NCBI GenBank assembly: GCA_965216635.1
Contig: OZ244188.1
Location: forward strand, 219,205 to 283,204
Source of the DNA: a bacterium
Lineage (GTDB): Bacteria; SAR324; XYD2-FULL-50-16; G965216635
Length of the DNA: 64,000 bases
Direction of reading: 5' to 3'
Positions 46,086 through 56,041 of this stretch are shown here, one piece after another. The position numbers were made by a program, and so were the translations under genes. Below the pieces are notes generated by a model. It was not told the origin of the DNA, did no database searches, and saw only the letters and a program-made list of their open reading frames with translations. The first letter of the stretch is position 1. Every line of letters starts with the position of its first letter.

Positions 46086-47620
46086 ACAATCAAATTTTGT
46101 TTGTCTAGGAAGCGGTAGTGCACAGCTTCGGCGAGGTGGGCGACTGCTACCGTTTCTTTTTTGTCAAGGTCTGCGATGGTGCGAGAAATTTTCAAAATTC
46201 TATCATAAGCTCTACTAGAAAAATTAATTTTTTCCATTGTGGCACGCAGAAAATTAGAACCTTCTTTATTCAGTTCACAAAAAATTTCAATTTGCCTGCG
46301 ACTCATATCAGAATTTGTTTTAGTTGTACTTTTTTTAAATCGTTCTTTTTGGATAGCAGCAACAGCCATCACTTTTTCTAAAACCATACGACTGCTAGAT
46401 TCCGTTTCTGTTTGCTGCATTTCATCAAAGGAAAGATGGGGCATTTCTATTTGTAGGTCAATTCTGTCTAATAGTGGTCCAGAAATACGCGAGCGATATT
46501 TTTGAATTTGGTAGGGAGTGCAATTACAACTATGCAGCGAGCTTCCATAATAACCGCAAGGGCAGGGGTTCATTGCACATACAAGCAAAAATCCAGTGGG
46601 TAGGGTGATACTCATATTTGCTCGGGAAATAGTGACCTCTTTGGCTTCCATAGGTTGTCTAAGGTTTTCTAAAGTTGTTCTTTGAAATTCTGGAAGTTCA
46701 TCTAAAAAAAGCACTCCATTATGAGCGAGGGATGCTTCTCCAGCTTTAGGTTGACTACCTCCTCCAATAAGTCCAGCGGGTGAAATTGTATGGTGCGGAG
46801 AGCGGAAAGGTCTTTCAGTTGAGATTTCTTCGGTTTTTCTTAAATTTCCAGTCGCTGAATGAATTTGGATTAAGCTTAAACACTCTGCTATACTCAACGG
46901 AGGTAGGATTGTTTTTAATCTACGAGCAAGCATTGTTTTTCCAGTTCCTGGGGGACCACAAAATAAAATATTGTGATTACCAGCAGCAGCTATTTCTAAA
47001 GCTCTTTTTGCTTTTTGTTGTCCTTTTACTTCGTTTAAATCTTCAGCGTAGTAGGGCAATTCTATTTTAGGTGGCTGATATTGAGCTAGAATAAGTTCTT
47101 TTCCAAAATCAAAAAAATCTATCACCTGTTTTAAATTTTCGGCTAGATATATTTCCATTCCTTCTACTAGGCTTGCTTCTTTTTGGTTTTCTGCAGGTAA
47201 AATGATTTTGCGGATGCCTTTTTTTTTAGCAGCTAAAAGAATTGGCAAGATGCCCTGCACCGAGCGAATTTTTCCTTGCAAAGACAATTCTCCGACTAAA
47301 AGAAATTCTTTGATTTTGTCTTTGGGTATGTTGTGATTAGCGGCAAGAATAGCAATCGCCAAGGGTAAGTCAAATCCTGTGCCCTGTTTTTTTAAGTTCA
47401 CAGGGGCAAGATTGACTATGACTTTATAAAGATAAAAACCTTTGAGGAGATAGTTGAGAGAAGCAAAAATACGGTCTCTACTTTCACGAATAATATTATC
47501 GGGCAAGCCTACGATATTAAAATAACTAGTGCCTGAACTAACCTCTACTTCTACAGTTACTAGGTGGGCTTCTATACCCCAAAGAGTGGCGGTGTTTGTA
47601 ATTGCAATACTAGAAGCCAT
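46082..47620 (-). CDS. comM: Mg-chelatase-like AAA+ protein ComM/YifB
   Basis: Lon-like N-domain, Walker A GPPGTGKTML, Walker B VLFLDE, C-terminal Mg-chelatase domain. Probable start MASSIAITNT (47620). Last six codons KQNLIV are supplied by the cassette junction sequence. Confidence 0.8.
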   Translation of the reverse strand: MASSIAITNTATLWGIEAHLVTVEVEVSSGTSYFNIVGLPDNIIRESRDRIFASLNYLLKGFYLYKVIVNLAPVNLKKQGTGFDLPLAIAILAANHNIPKDKIKEFLLVGELSLQGKIRSVQGILPILLAAKKKGIRKIILPAENQKEASLVEGMEIYLAENLKQVIDFFDFGKELILAQYQPPKIELPYYAEDLNEVKGQQKAKRALEIAAAGNHNILFCGPPGTGKTMLARRLKTILPPLSIAECLSLIQIHSATGNLRKTEEISTERPFRSPHHTISPAGLIGGGSQPKAGEASLAHNGVLFLDELPEFQRTTLENLRQPMEAKEVTISRANMSITLPTGFLLVCAMNPCPCGYYGSSLHSCNCTPYQIQKYRSRISGPLLDRIDLQIEMPHLSFDEMQQTETESSSRMVLEKVMAVAAIQKERFKKSTTKTNSDMSRRQIEIFCELNKEGSNFLRATMEKINFSSRAYDRILKISRTIADLDKKETVAVAHLAEAVHYRFLDKQNLIV

Positions 47621-49052
47621 AAAAATTATTTTTAGTAAATAGCTTAGACTGTGCATTTAATTTAGCATAAAAATCTCCTAAAAGATAGATAGAGCCAGTC
47701 ACCAAAAAAATAGAATAATTTGCAAACATTCCTTTAAGGAATTTTTCTATAACCTCTTCTAAAGTTTGCGGGCTGTTGGTTTTTAAATGAGCTTTTTTTA
47801 AAGTAGTTTGAATACTAGCAATATCGCCAGCTTTGGAGTGTTTAAAATCTATGGGTAAAAACTCTATATTCAGGTGAGAGAATTTTTTGAGGGATACAAA
47901 AATTTCCTTTTTTTGTACCCAATGGATGGCACAAAGAATTTTATCTTTAAAATGATGTTGCTGGAGATGTTTTGCTAAAGATTCTATTCCTTGAGAGTTA
48001 TGAGCAGCGTCTAAAAGCAAAGTAGGTTTTATTTTTGAAATATAATGCAACCGTGCGGGCCAATGGCTCTTTTGTAGACTGGATGCTATTTTTTTTTTTG
48101 TTAGCCTTTTTTGAGGAGGCACAATAGAAAAGTAAGAAGCGAGAGCTGTAGCTATATTTTCTAATTGGTAGGTAGATATTGTCTGGTTTTTTACTGGGTT
48201 TTTTGCTGGGTTTTTTATTGGGTTTTTTACTGGGCTTTTTATTGGGCTTTTTATTGGGCTTTTATTCTTTGTCCGAATGGGAATTTCTAAAGTTTGTTCT
48301 GTTTTTTTTTTTTGCCATTTTTTTTGTTTAGAGAGAAAAAAATAGGTGTCTTTTCTTTTTTCTAAAAAAAAATCGTTCCCAAAAATTGTTTTTTCATTAT
48401 TCGGGAATTTATCTTGCAAAAGTTTTAAAACAGAATTTTCTTGTGAAGAGCTGATGATAAGGGATTTTTTTTTAACAATACCAAATTTTTCTTGAGCGAT
48501 TTCAAGCAAACTATTCCCTAGAAATTCTGTGTGATCTAAAGAAATAGGAGAAAAAATACAGGCAAGACTTTTAGGGATTGCATTGGTAGAATCCATTCTT
48601 CCTCCCATACCCGTCTCTAATAAAATGTAGTCTGGTTTTTTTTTTTTAAACCAAAAAAAAGCAAGTCCGATACTAAATTCAAAAAAAGTCGGTTTGACGA
48701 GCCAATTTTTATCATTCTTAGAATAAGGGTCTATGCAGCAAATTTCACAAATTTCATCAAAATTTTCTTTTAACTCTGCATCGGAAATCTGTTTGGCTTG
48801 AAAACGAAATCTTTCATTGTAGTCTAATAAATGCGGTGAGGTTGTCATACATACTTTAAAACCACTATCTATTAAGAGTCTTTCTAAAAAACTTAGAATA
48901 GAGCCTTTGCCATTTGTGCCTGCTATGTGAATGATGGCTGGGTGGATCTGTGGATTACCTAGTTTCTCTAAAAATTTATACGTTGTCTCTAATCCTAGTC
49001 TAATATGAAACTCTCCTAATCTATAAATAAAATCCAGCAAATAGTTATCCAT
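47610..49052 (-). CDS. folC: Folylpolyglutamate synthase/dihydrofolate synthase (Mur ligase family)
   Basis: HIAGTNGKGS P-loop and Mur ligase central/C-terminal domains. Start probably MDNYLLD (49052). Carries an in-frame low-complexity insert KSPIKSPIKSPVKNPIKNPAKNPVKN. Confidence 0.75.
   Translation of the reverse strand: MDNYLLDFIYRLGEFHIRLGLETTYKFLEKLGNPQIHPAIIHIAGTNGKGSILSFLERLLIDSGFKVCMTTSPHLLDYNERFRFQAKQISDAELKENFDEICEICCIDPYSKNDKNWLVKPTFFEFSIGLAFFWFKKKKPDYILLETGMGGRMDSTNAIPKSLACIFSPISLDHTEFLGNSLLEIAQEKFGIVKKKSLIISSSQENSVLKLLQDKFPNNEKTIFGNDFFLEKRKDTYFFLSKQKKWQKKKTEQTLEIPIRTKNKSPIKSPIKSPVKNPIKNPAKNPVKNQTISTYQLENIATALASYFSIVPPQKRLTKKKIASSLQKSHWPARLHYISKIKPTLLLDAAHNSQGIESLAKHLQQHHFKDKILCAIHWVQKKEIFVSLKKFSHLNIEFLPIDFKHSKAGDIASIQTTLKKAHLKTNSPQTLEEVIEKFLKGMFANYSIFLVTGSIYLLGDFYAKLNAQSKLFTKNNFYGF
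48175..48255. repeat. 15-bp tandem repeat array (about 6 units) inside the folC coding sequence
   Basis: ttttttactggg/ttttttgctggg/ttttttattggg units; in-frame (5 codons each). Confidence 0.8.
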
Positions 49053-49056
49053 TTTT

Positions 49057-49710
49057 TTAGTCTTCAGTGTTACGAAGCATCGGCACAAAAGAAACTCCAC
49101 AAATTTTTCTAATAGCCAGTTTCGGGTTCTTTGGATTTTCGGATTCTTTGGTTATCTCTAGTAAATCTTGATATCCTCTTTCTCCTACGGGGGTGATAAT
49201 TTTTCCTCCTATTTTTAACTGACTGACTAATTCTTTAGGAATGAGTTTGGGAGCGCAGGAGATAAGAATAGCATCATAAGGAGAATGCTCTTGCCAGCCT
49301 TGGTGTCCATCCCCTAGTTTTAAGTGAACGTTAGAAAGAGCCATTTTTTTTAAATTATTTTTTCCCTTTAAATGAAGATAGCGAATTCTTTCAACACTAA
49401 AAACTTGCCCCTGTGAACTTAACAAAAGTTTTGCTAAGATAGCTGTTTGGTAACCGCACCCTGTGCCTATTTCCAAGATATTTTGACACTTTGCTTTTAA
49501 GACAAGTTCTGTCATTAAGGCTACAATGTAAGGTTGTGATATTGTCTGTCCCGCTCCTATAGGTAGAGGTCTATCGTCGTAGGCTTGGAGTTGGTAGTTT
49601 TCTGCTACAAAAAGATGACGAGGCACCTGCTCCATAGCCTTTAATAGATCTGGATTTTGAACGCCCCGAAAAATGATTTGCTCGCGTATCATTTTTTCGG
49701 TTTTTTTCAT
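49057..49710 (-). CDS. pcm: Protein-L-isoaspartate O-methyltransferase
   Basis: GTGCGYQTAILA AdoMet motif and ISQPYIVALM; track start 49728 lies inside the tandem repeat array, so MKKTEK (49710) is preferred. Confidence 0.75.
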   Translation of the reverse strand: MKKTEKMIREQIIFRGVQNPDLLKAMEQVPRHLFVAENYQLQAYDDRPLPIGAGQTISQPYIVALMTELVLKAKCQNILEIGTGCGYQTAILAKLLLSSQGQVFSVERIRYLHLKGKNNLKKMALSNVHLKLGDGHQGWQEHSPYDAILISCAPKLIPKELVSQLKIGGKIITPVGERGYQDLLEITKESENPKNPKLAIRKICGVSFVPMLRNTED

Positions 49711-49721
49711 CCAGTTATTTT

Positions 49722-49800
49722 TTGCCATTGATTTTTTGCCAATTATTTTTTACCAATTATTTTTTACCAGTTATTTTTTGCCAGTATTTTTTTTATGGGT
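49722..49800. repeat. 15-bp tandem repeat array (5-6 units) upstream of pcm
   Basis: ttattttttgccat tgattttttgccaa ttattttttaccaa ttattttttaccag ttattttttgccag; unit related to the folC internal repeat. Confidence 0.8.
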
Positions 49801-49808
49801 AGCATCCA

Positions 49809-50225
49809 CTAATTCAAAATATCTGGTTTTACCAGACTAAAAGTAGGGATAAGAACTTCAAAGGTTTCTGAAGAAGTAATATAACACATTGTAAAAGCAC
49901 CATGCATAGAACCTACAGGAGTAGATATTTGAGCCCAGCTATCGTATTCAAATTTTTCTTGTGGTGCAAAAAATGGTTGTTGCCCTACTACCCCCTCTCC
50001 TTGCACGATGCGTTTTTCTCCATCTGCGTTTTCAATAACCCATCTACGAGATAAAAGCTGCACATTCTCTTCGGTTAAATTTTGAATAGTTATAAAATAA
50101 CCAAAAGCATAAATATTTTCTGTATCACTAGAATATTGCGGCAAATAAAATGTTTGTATGGAAATAGATATATTTTTATCTATGGATTGTATTTTTTCTG
50201 ATAAATTTTTTTTTGAAAAAAGCAT
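49809..50225 (-). CDS. apaG: ApaG (DUF525) protein
   Basis: 138 aa; YAFGYFITIQN...RRWVIENADGEKRIVQGEGVVGQQP matches the ApaG core. Confidence 0.7.
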   Translation of the reverse strand: MLFSKKNLSEKIQSIDKNISISIQTFYLPQYSSDTENIYAFGYFITIQNLTEENVQLLSRRWVIENADGEKRIVQGEGVVGQQPFFAPQEKFEYDSWAQISTPVGSMHGAFTMCYITSSETFEVLIPTFSLVKPDILN

Positions 50226-50392
50226 AGCTCAAAAGGTCTCTCTAATTAATTGATAACTCCTAGCAAGAAGTCTTTGTAGCATATTTTTAGGAAAAATCCA
50301 AACTTCAGTTTTTACAAAATTTTACTTCTTTTTTTCTGTGTTGAATAAAATTGTAGATATTTGTAAACTAAAAGAGACTAAAAAAACAAAAA

Positions 50393-52801
50393 ATGGCATA
50401 CAACCCCGCAAAAATAGAGCCCAAGTGGCAAAACTACTGGCTTAAAAACAAAATTTTTAAAGCAGAACTTAACCACGAAAAAAAAAAATTTTATTGTCTT
50501 GATATGTTTCCTTATCCTTCAGGGAATGGATTGCATGTGGGGCATCCCGAAGGCTATACGGCAACGGATATCTATTGTCGTTATAAAAGAATGAAAGGCT
50601 TTAATGTTTTGCATACAATGGGCTGGGATGCTTTTGGCTTGCCTGCTGAACAATACGCCTTAAAAACAGGAGTACATCCCGCAAAGACAACGAAAAAAAA
50701 TATTGCTACCTTTAAAAAACAGATCCAATCACTAGGTTTTTCTTACGACTGGGATAGAGAAATCAACACTACAGATCCTGATTATTATAAATGGACTCAA
50801 TGGATATTTTTGAAAATTTTCAAAAAAAATTTGGCTTATCAAGAAGAAGCTCCAGTAAATTGGTGTCCTGGGTTAAAAGCTGTTTTATCCCACGAAGAAG
50901 TAGCTGATGGACTTTCTGTAGAAGGGGGGCATCCAGTCTATCAAAAAAATTTAAGACAATGGAAATTAAAAATCACTGCCTATGCAGATGCACTTTTAAA
51001 AGATTTAGAAAAACTAGATTGGCCCGAGGCTATTAAAGAGCAGCAACGCAACTGGATCGGAAAATCGCAAGGTGTGATTGTTAAATTTTTGGTAGCACAA
51101 AAGCAAAATTTATTTTTTGAGATTTATACGACAAGAGCAGACACTCTTTTTGGAGCGACCTACTGCGTGTTAGCACCCGAACACCCACTTTTGACGAAGA
51201 TTACTACCCTTGAAAAACTTGATGCAGTAGAAAAATATTTAGCACAAAGCCTCGTTAAAAGTGAACGAGAAAGGATGAGTGAAAAAAAAAAAACAGGAGT
51301 TTTCACTGGTGCTTATGCTATCAATCCAGTGAACCAAGAAAAAATACCGATTTGGGTTTCCGATTATGTTTTGATTAGCTATGGCACAGGAGCTATTATG
51401 GCAGTTCCAGCCCACGATCAAAGAGACTACGAATTTGCAAAAAACTTCAATTTAGAAATCAGGAAAGTTGTATTTGGGGGCAACCTCAGTGAAGAAGCTT
51501 ATAGCGGAGAAGGAAAAATTGTAAACAGTGATTTTCTTAATGGTCTAAACTCTAAAGAAGCAATCCAAAAAATCACAGAATACTTAGTGCAAAAAAAACT
51601 AGGAAAAAAAGAAACTCACTACAAACTGAGAGATTGGCTTTTTTCAAGACAACGTTATTGGGGCGAGCCTATACCTATATTTTTTGACGAAAAGGGCAAT
51701 CCAGTTCCTCTGGACGAAAAAGAATTGCCTTTGCTACTACCTGAAACAGATTCTTTTACTCCGTTGGATAACGGAGAAAGCAGACTAGCAGCTATAGAAA
51801 ATTGGATAAAGTTCAAAAAAGAAGACAAAAATTATACAAGAGAAAGCAATACTATGCCGCAATGGGCTGGTAGTTGTTGGTATTATTTGAGATTTGTGGA
51901 CCCGCAAAATAAAAATCAGGCTTGGTCTGAAGAAGCAGAAAAATATTGGATGCCGGTAGACCTTTATGTAGGCGGAGCGGAGCACGCCGTTTTGCACCTT
52001 TTGTATGCCCGATTTTGGCATAAGGTTCTTTATGACTGTGGATTGGTTCATACCAAAGAGCCTTTTCAAAAATTGCTTAATCAAGGAATGATTTTAGGTA
52101 GTGACGGTCAGAAGATGTCTAAATCTAGAGGAAATGTAATCAACCCCGATGAGATTGTAGCTGAGTTCGGCGCAGATTCTTTAAGGCTTTACGAAATGTT
52201 TATGGGTCCCTTAGACAAAGCCAAGCCTTGGCAAATAAACGGAGCGGATGGGATTTTTCGCTTCTTAAATCGTGTTTGGAATATGGTTGTGGACTCCGTT
52301 GACAAGCTGGATTCTAGCATCCAAGAAATAGAAGCGAGTGAAGAAGATAAAAAATTGTTACACCGCACAATCAAAAAAGTAGGCGAAGATATAGAAGCTA
52401 TCCATTTAAATACAGCCATCTCAGAAATGATGATTTTCGTCAATCAATTTTCTAAAAACAGAGTAAAACCCTTAGAAATTGTAAGAAATTTTATTTTATT
52501 ACTCTCCCCCTTTGCTCCTCATCTGGCAGAAGAGCTTTGGCAAAAAATTGGAGAAAAAGAAAGTCTCGCTTACCACCCTTGGCCCCTTTATCAAGAAAAA
52601 TATCTAGTCCAAGAGAGCTATATATTACCCGTACAAATCAATGGAAAAGTGCGGCTACAACTCAAGGCACGAATAGGAGAAACCCAAGAAAATATACTGA
52701 AAAAAATAAGGCAAGAAGAAAAACTAGAAAAATATCTCAAAGGAAAAGAAATCAAAAAAATCATCTTTGTTCCAGATAAAATAATGAATTTGGTGCTCTG
52801 A
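50393..52801 (+). CDS. leuS: Leucyl-tRNA synthetase
   Basis: 802 aa; [12 protein letters not shown] (HIGH) and KMSKS motifs; LeuS-specific editing/anticodon-binding regions. Confidence 0.9.
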   Translation: MAYNPAKIEPKWQNYWLKNKIFKAELNHEKKKFYCLDMFPYPSGNGLHVGHPEGYTATDIYCRYKRMKGFNVLHTMGWDAFGLPAEQYALKTGVHPAKTTKKNIATFKKQIQSLGFSYDWDREINTTDPDYYKWTQWIFLKIFKKNLAYQEEAPVNWCPGLKAVLSHEEVADGLSVEGGHPVYQKNLRQWKLKITAYADALLKDLEKLDWPEAIKEQQRNWIGKSQGVIVKFLVAQKQNLFFEIYTTRADTLFGATYCVLAPEHPLLTKITTLEKLDAVEKYLAQSLVKSERERMSEKKKTGVFTGAYAINPVNQEKIPIWVSDYVLISYGTGAIMAVPAHDQRDYEFAKNFNLEIRKVVFGGNLSEEAYSGEGKIVNSDFLNGLNSKEAIQKITEYLVQKKLGKKETHYKLRDWLFSRQRYWGEPIPIFFDEKGNPVPLDEKELPLLLPETDSFTPLDNGESRLAAIENWIKFKKEDKNYTRESNTMPQWAGSCWYYLRFVDPQNKNQAWSEEAEKYWMPVDLYVGGAEHAVLHLLYARFWHKVLYDCGLVHTKEPFQKLLNQGMILGSDGQKMSKSRGNVINPDEIVAEFGADSLRLYEMFMGPLDKAKPWQINGADGIFRFLNRVWNMVVDSVDKLDSSIQEIEASEEDKKLLHRTIKKVGEDIEAIHLNTAISEMMIFVNQFSKNRVKPLEIVRNFILLLSPFAPHLAEELWQKIGEKESLAYHPWPLYQEKYLVQESYILPVQINGKVRLQLKARIGETQENILKKIRQEEKLEKYLKGKEIKKIIFVPDKIMNLVL

Positions 52802-53129
52802 TACCCTAATACCTGATACCCGAAACTATGAAATTAAGATATTTTTTTGAGTAAGTTAGGGGTTGATAATATTTCAATAAAGTATTAAAAATAAAAGAAA
52901 TACAGACCTAGAAGAAAAGAGACCTATTTTTGACTATTTAAAATTGAACACAGAAACAATAGAAAAATATTTAAAAAAAGAAAAAAACAACATTACTAAC
53001 ACTAAGGTCAAAAATTTTAGTCAAAAATTCTTATCAGGGATAAAAGATGCTAAAAATATGGTGACTGTGTTTGAATTTTTTAAAGATTTGTTTTAAAGAA
53101 AAATAAAAAAGTTATGTTTTTTTATTTTT

Positions 53130-53275
53130 GTGTTATTATTCTTTGTAAAGTTTTATAAAAATAAAACTGAATAACCTAAATTAACTAAAAAAAAGATTGA
53201 CTATTTTTATTTTTTTAGTTACTCTTTGTAAAGTTTTATAAAAATAAAACTGAATAACCTAAATTAACTATAAAA
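53130..53275. repeat. About 60-bp direct repeat x2 upstream of OMP gene 53281
   Basis: ctttgtaaagttttataaaaataaaactgaataacctaaattaacta at about 53141-53200 and 53222-53275. Confidence 0.7.
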
Positions 53276-53280
53276 AGACT

Positions 53281-54570
53281 ATGGAATCTCAAAAAATTAT
53301 GCAAACAAAAGAAATTATGCAAACAAAAGAAATCATGCAAACAAAAAAAACTATGCAAACAAAAGAAATTGTGAAATTAAGCAAAATAACACTGGCAATT
53401 TTAGCTTCGCTTTCGTGCTTGCTTTTACTTTTTGCGGGAGTAAATAATCTGCAAGCCCAAGAAGCAAGACAGCAAGGTTGGTCTATCGGGGTTAGTCCCT
53501 TTTATCTAGGTGCTAAAATCAAAACCACTACAGAAAACACCACCCTTAGAGAAGTAGTAACAACTGGAACCAGAACATTGGATTCTACGAGTGTGGCATT
53601 CAGTGCGAGTACCACCGATAATGTATCTTCGGGCGAAACTGCAGGTGTAGAGGGTGCATTGTTAGCGACTGGTGCTATAAGTTACAGCTCCAATTACAAC
53701 GCAATAGTAATCGCTGCTGTAGTGAATATTTGTGAAGATGGCACCTACGATAATAGTCCTGGAATCTATTCTTCTCGTCAGTTTGACGCAAATTCTAATC
53801 CAGCATCCTCTACAGCAACGACAGATACAGCTGCCTGTTTCAAGTACTTCCAAGGGCTAGATCTAACCTCTTTTAGTGAATTTTTAACAGGAACAGTTGT
53901 AGATTCTTCCACTACATCTGTTTCCGTTAGCAACGAAAATACCAATTTAGCAGGTAACGGATTGGAACTAGGCTACAGCTTTGAAAAGTTTCGCCTTTCT
54001 TTTAGCCTACACCAATGGAGTGCTGGAGACGATAAACTGAACAGTCAAATGGTGCTGGTGGATTACTTCCTGCCCTACGGGCTTTATGCAGGAGCTGGTT
54101 TAGCCCAAGCCAAGCTAGAAACTCCGCTAGGCTCAGATTCAAAAATAGCCCCCGCCGTTCGTTTTGGCTATAAGCGAAATTTTAGCAAAAACTTTTCTAT
54201 AGAAGCGGGACTGCTGTGGGTGGGGACAAAGCTCTCTATAAAACATACCAATGCAGCACCATTAGCAACAACAAGCTCAGCAGCGGAGCCGCTACCGATT
54301 CCTATTACCAGATCTGCATTGGTTGGAGGTCTTATAAATGCTCCAATTAGTAATATTTTATTGTATTTTGTAGATGATAGAAATAATCAATTAAGCCTCG
54401 CAGGAACTACTGATGAAGATAGAAGAATACGAGTAGACGGAACAGTAACTCCAACCTACACTGAAGGACAACAGGAGCCCCTACCCCCAAGAACTGTACC
54501 TACAAAAACAACAATAGAAGTAGAAGCACCAGCTTCTCTTTTTATTCGCTTCGTCTTAAAATTTCGCTAA
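53281..54570 (+). CDS. Outer-membrane beta-barrel family protein (paralog of 16460..17857) with N-terminal MQTKEI x4 repeat
   Basis: Four tandem 18-bp units atgcaaacaaaagaaatt at the 5' end, each beginning with ATG. Signal peptide ...NNLQAQ. C-terminal region aligns with the 522-aa paralog (LVLVDYFLPYGLYAGAGLA...VRFGYKRNF). Confidence 0.6.
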   Translation: MESQKIMQTKEIMQTKEIMQTKKTMQTKEIVKLSKITLAILASLSCLLLLFAGVNNLQAQEARQQGWSIGVSPFYLGAKIKTTTENTTLREVVTTGTRTLDSTSVAFSASTTDNVSSGETAGVEGALLATGAISYSSNYNAIVIAAVVNICEDGTYDNSPGIYSSRQFDANSNPASSTATTDTAACFKYFQGLDLTSFSEFLTGTVVDSSTTSVSVSNENTNLAGNGLELGYSFEKFRLSFSLHQWSAGDDKLNSQMVLVDYFLPYGLYAGAGLAQAKLETPLGSDSKIAPAVRFGYKRNFSKNFSIEAGLLWVGTKLSIKHTNAAPLATTSSAAEPLPIPITRSALVGGLINAPISNILLYFVDDRNNQLSLAGTTDEDRRIRVDGTVTPTYTEGQQEPLPPRTVPTKTTIEVEAPASLFIRFVLKFR

Positions 54571-54690
54571 AGAAAATATCAAGAAATTTATCGTTTTTTT
54601 TTCTTTAAAGCCTATCAGAATTTTAGACGGTTTTTTATTATTTGCTTGACTTTAGCGGATTTGTTTATTATTATTATAGAAATAAATAAT

Positions 54691-54770
54691 ATAGACTGTC
54701 GTTTTGTCCTATTTGGCAAATAGGACAAAACTAGCTGTTTAGCCTAAACAGAACGCAAATTCAAAAGTCT
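54691..54770. mobile_element. MITE-like repeat
   Basis: atagactgtcgttttgtcctatttggcaaataggacaaaactagctgtttagcctaaacagaacgcaaattcaaaagtct. Confidence 0.65.
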
Positions 54771-54787
54771 TATTTTTATTTACTGTA

Positions 54788-56041
54788 CTACAGACTGGAA
54801 GTAAAAAGAGCAGGACGACTAGCAGAAAAAGATGAAATAAGAGATTGATAGCTTGTTTTTTCTTGGACAGCTAAATCCACGAGTATTCTTCCGTAGAGCG
54901 GTGTGAATTTAAAACTACGGCCCGAAGAATCGCAAAAAACAGCTGCTTTGGGAAAGTAGTTATCCGACTCTGGTGTAGTAGGTATTCTACTCAATATTAT
55001 TTCTCCATCTGGACTAACAGAATAGGGGCAAGCTGCTTCTAATTGGGGCGTTAAATCTAATACACCTTCTCGGATTCGGTTTTGCAGATGATTTTTTATA
55101 TCTTCTATGATTTGGGGATCAAAATTTTCTTTTTTGGCTTGCTCTGGTTTTTCTAGCTTTGTGTTTGTGCAGTCTTTTGCTGTTTTTAGCATTCCTTTAG
55201 TCGCTTCGTTAAAATCCAAATTGGTAATAGCGTAAAAAAGATTTTGGTCTGTCTGTGTAAAATTACCAAATTCATACCAGATAGGCAAACACGATTGTTC
55301 GTAGGATTTTAGCAAAATCTTAAAATAGGCGTAGCTCATCATCCATATTTCCCAGTTTTTAGGAGCTAGTCTGAAATGTTTCAAACATTCGCTCAACCAA
55401 ATTCCAGGGCAGAGAATCAGACTTGTAGTTTGTAGACTTTGGCTCGTCTGCTCTCCTGTGCACTGGAGATGCCATTCTTCCGCTTCCCTTGAAATATTTG
55501 ATACTGTGGTGTTTTCGTAGATGCTCAAATTCCCTGTTTTCAAGCCGTATTCTTTCAAAACAGAAAAAGAGCTGGTTAAATCAATAGAGGCTGCGTTGTT
55601 TTGTAGCATCCCTACATATTCTTTCGGAAATTTATTGCAATCAAAAATGGGAAAGGCTTCTGCTATTTCTTGCGGTGATTTGAAGTATTGGTAAGGAATA
55701 CCCATTTCTTGCATTTGGGTTTTTACTTTTAATATGCTATTTTCATAAGGGTTGTATCCTTGCTCGTATCCAAAAAATAATAGGCTGTTTTCTGCTAGTA
55801 TTTTTCTTTGTGCCATTTTTTCTAGTTCGTACCAGCCTGCAAGGGAGGCTTCTGCTAACCTGACTTTTTCTTCTTTGGAGTAAAGAATACGAAAGCACCT
55901 ATCAAATCCTCGTGAGCTATTTTTGTCACTATGAATCTGGTGCTGTTCTATTAAGGCAGTTTTTAATCCTCGTTTTGCAGAGTTGAAAGCAGCTGATAGT
56001 CCTATAGTGCCTCCTCCTATTACAATAAGATCGTATTTCAT
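54788..56041 (-). CDS. FAD-dependent oxidoreductase (DAO/sarcosine-oxidase-like family)
   Basis: N-terminal dinucleotide-binding MKYDLIVIGGGTIGLSAAF...ALIE; start chosen at MKYDL (56041) rather than track 56095. Confidence 0.6.
   Translation of the reverse strand: MKYDLIVIGGGTIGLSAAFNSAKRGLKTALIEQHQIHSDKNSSRGFDRCFRILYSKEEKVRLAEASLAGWYELEKMAQRKILAENSLLFFGYEQGYNPYENSILKVKTQMQEMGIPYQYFKSPQEIAEAFPIFDCNKFPKEYVGMLQNNAASIDLTSSFSVLKEYGLKTGNLSIYENTTVSNISREAEEWHLQCTGEQTSQSLQTTSLILCPGIWLSECLKHFRLAPKNWEIWMMSYAYFKILLKSYEQSCLPIWYEFGNFTQTDQNLFYAITNLDFNEATKGMLKTAKDCTNTKLEKPEQAKKENFDPQIIEDIKNHLQNRIREGVLDLTPQLEAACPYSVSPDGEIILSRIPTTPESDNYFPKAAVFCDSSGRSFKFTPLYGRILVDLAVQEKTSYQSLISSFSASRPALFTSSL

Noticed and set aside
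37640-47700. Expectation of an integrase/transposase in the cassette region
   Set aside because: No ORF in or near the cassette arrays shows tyrosine/serine recombinase (R..H..R..Y) or DDE motifs. The recombinase, if any, must be outside this window.
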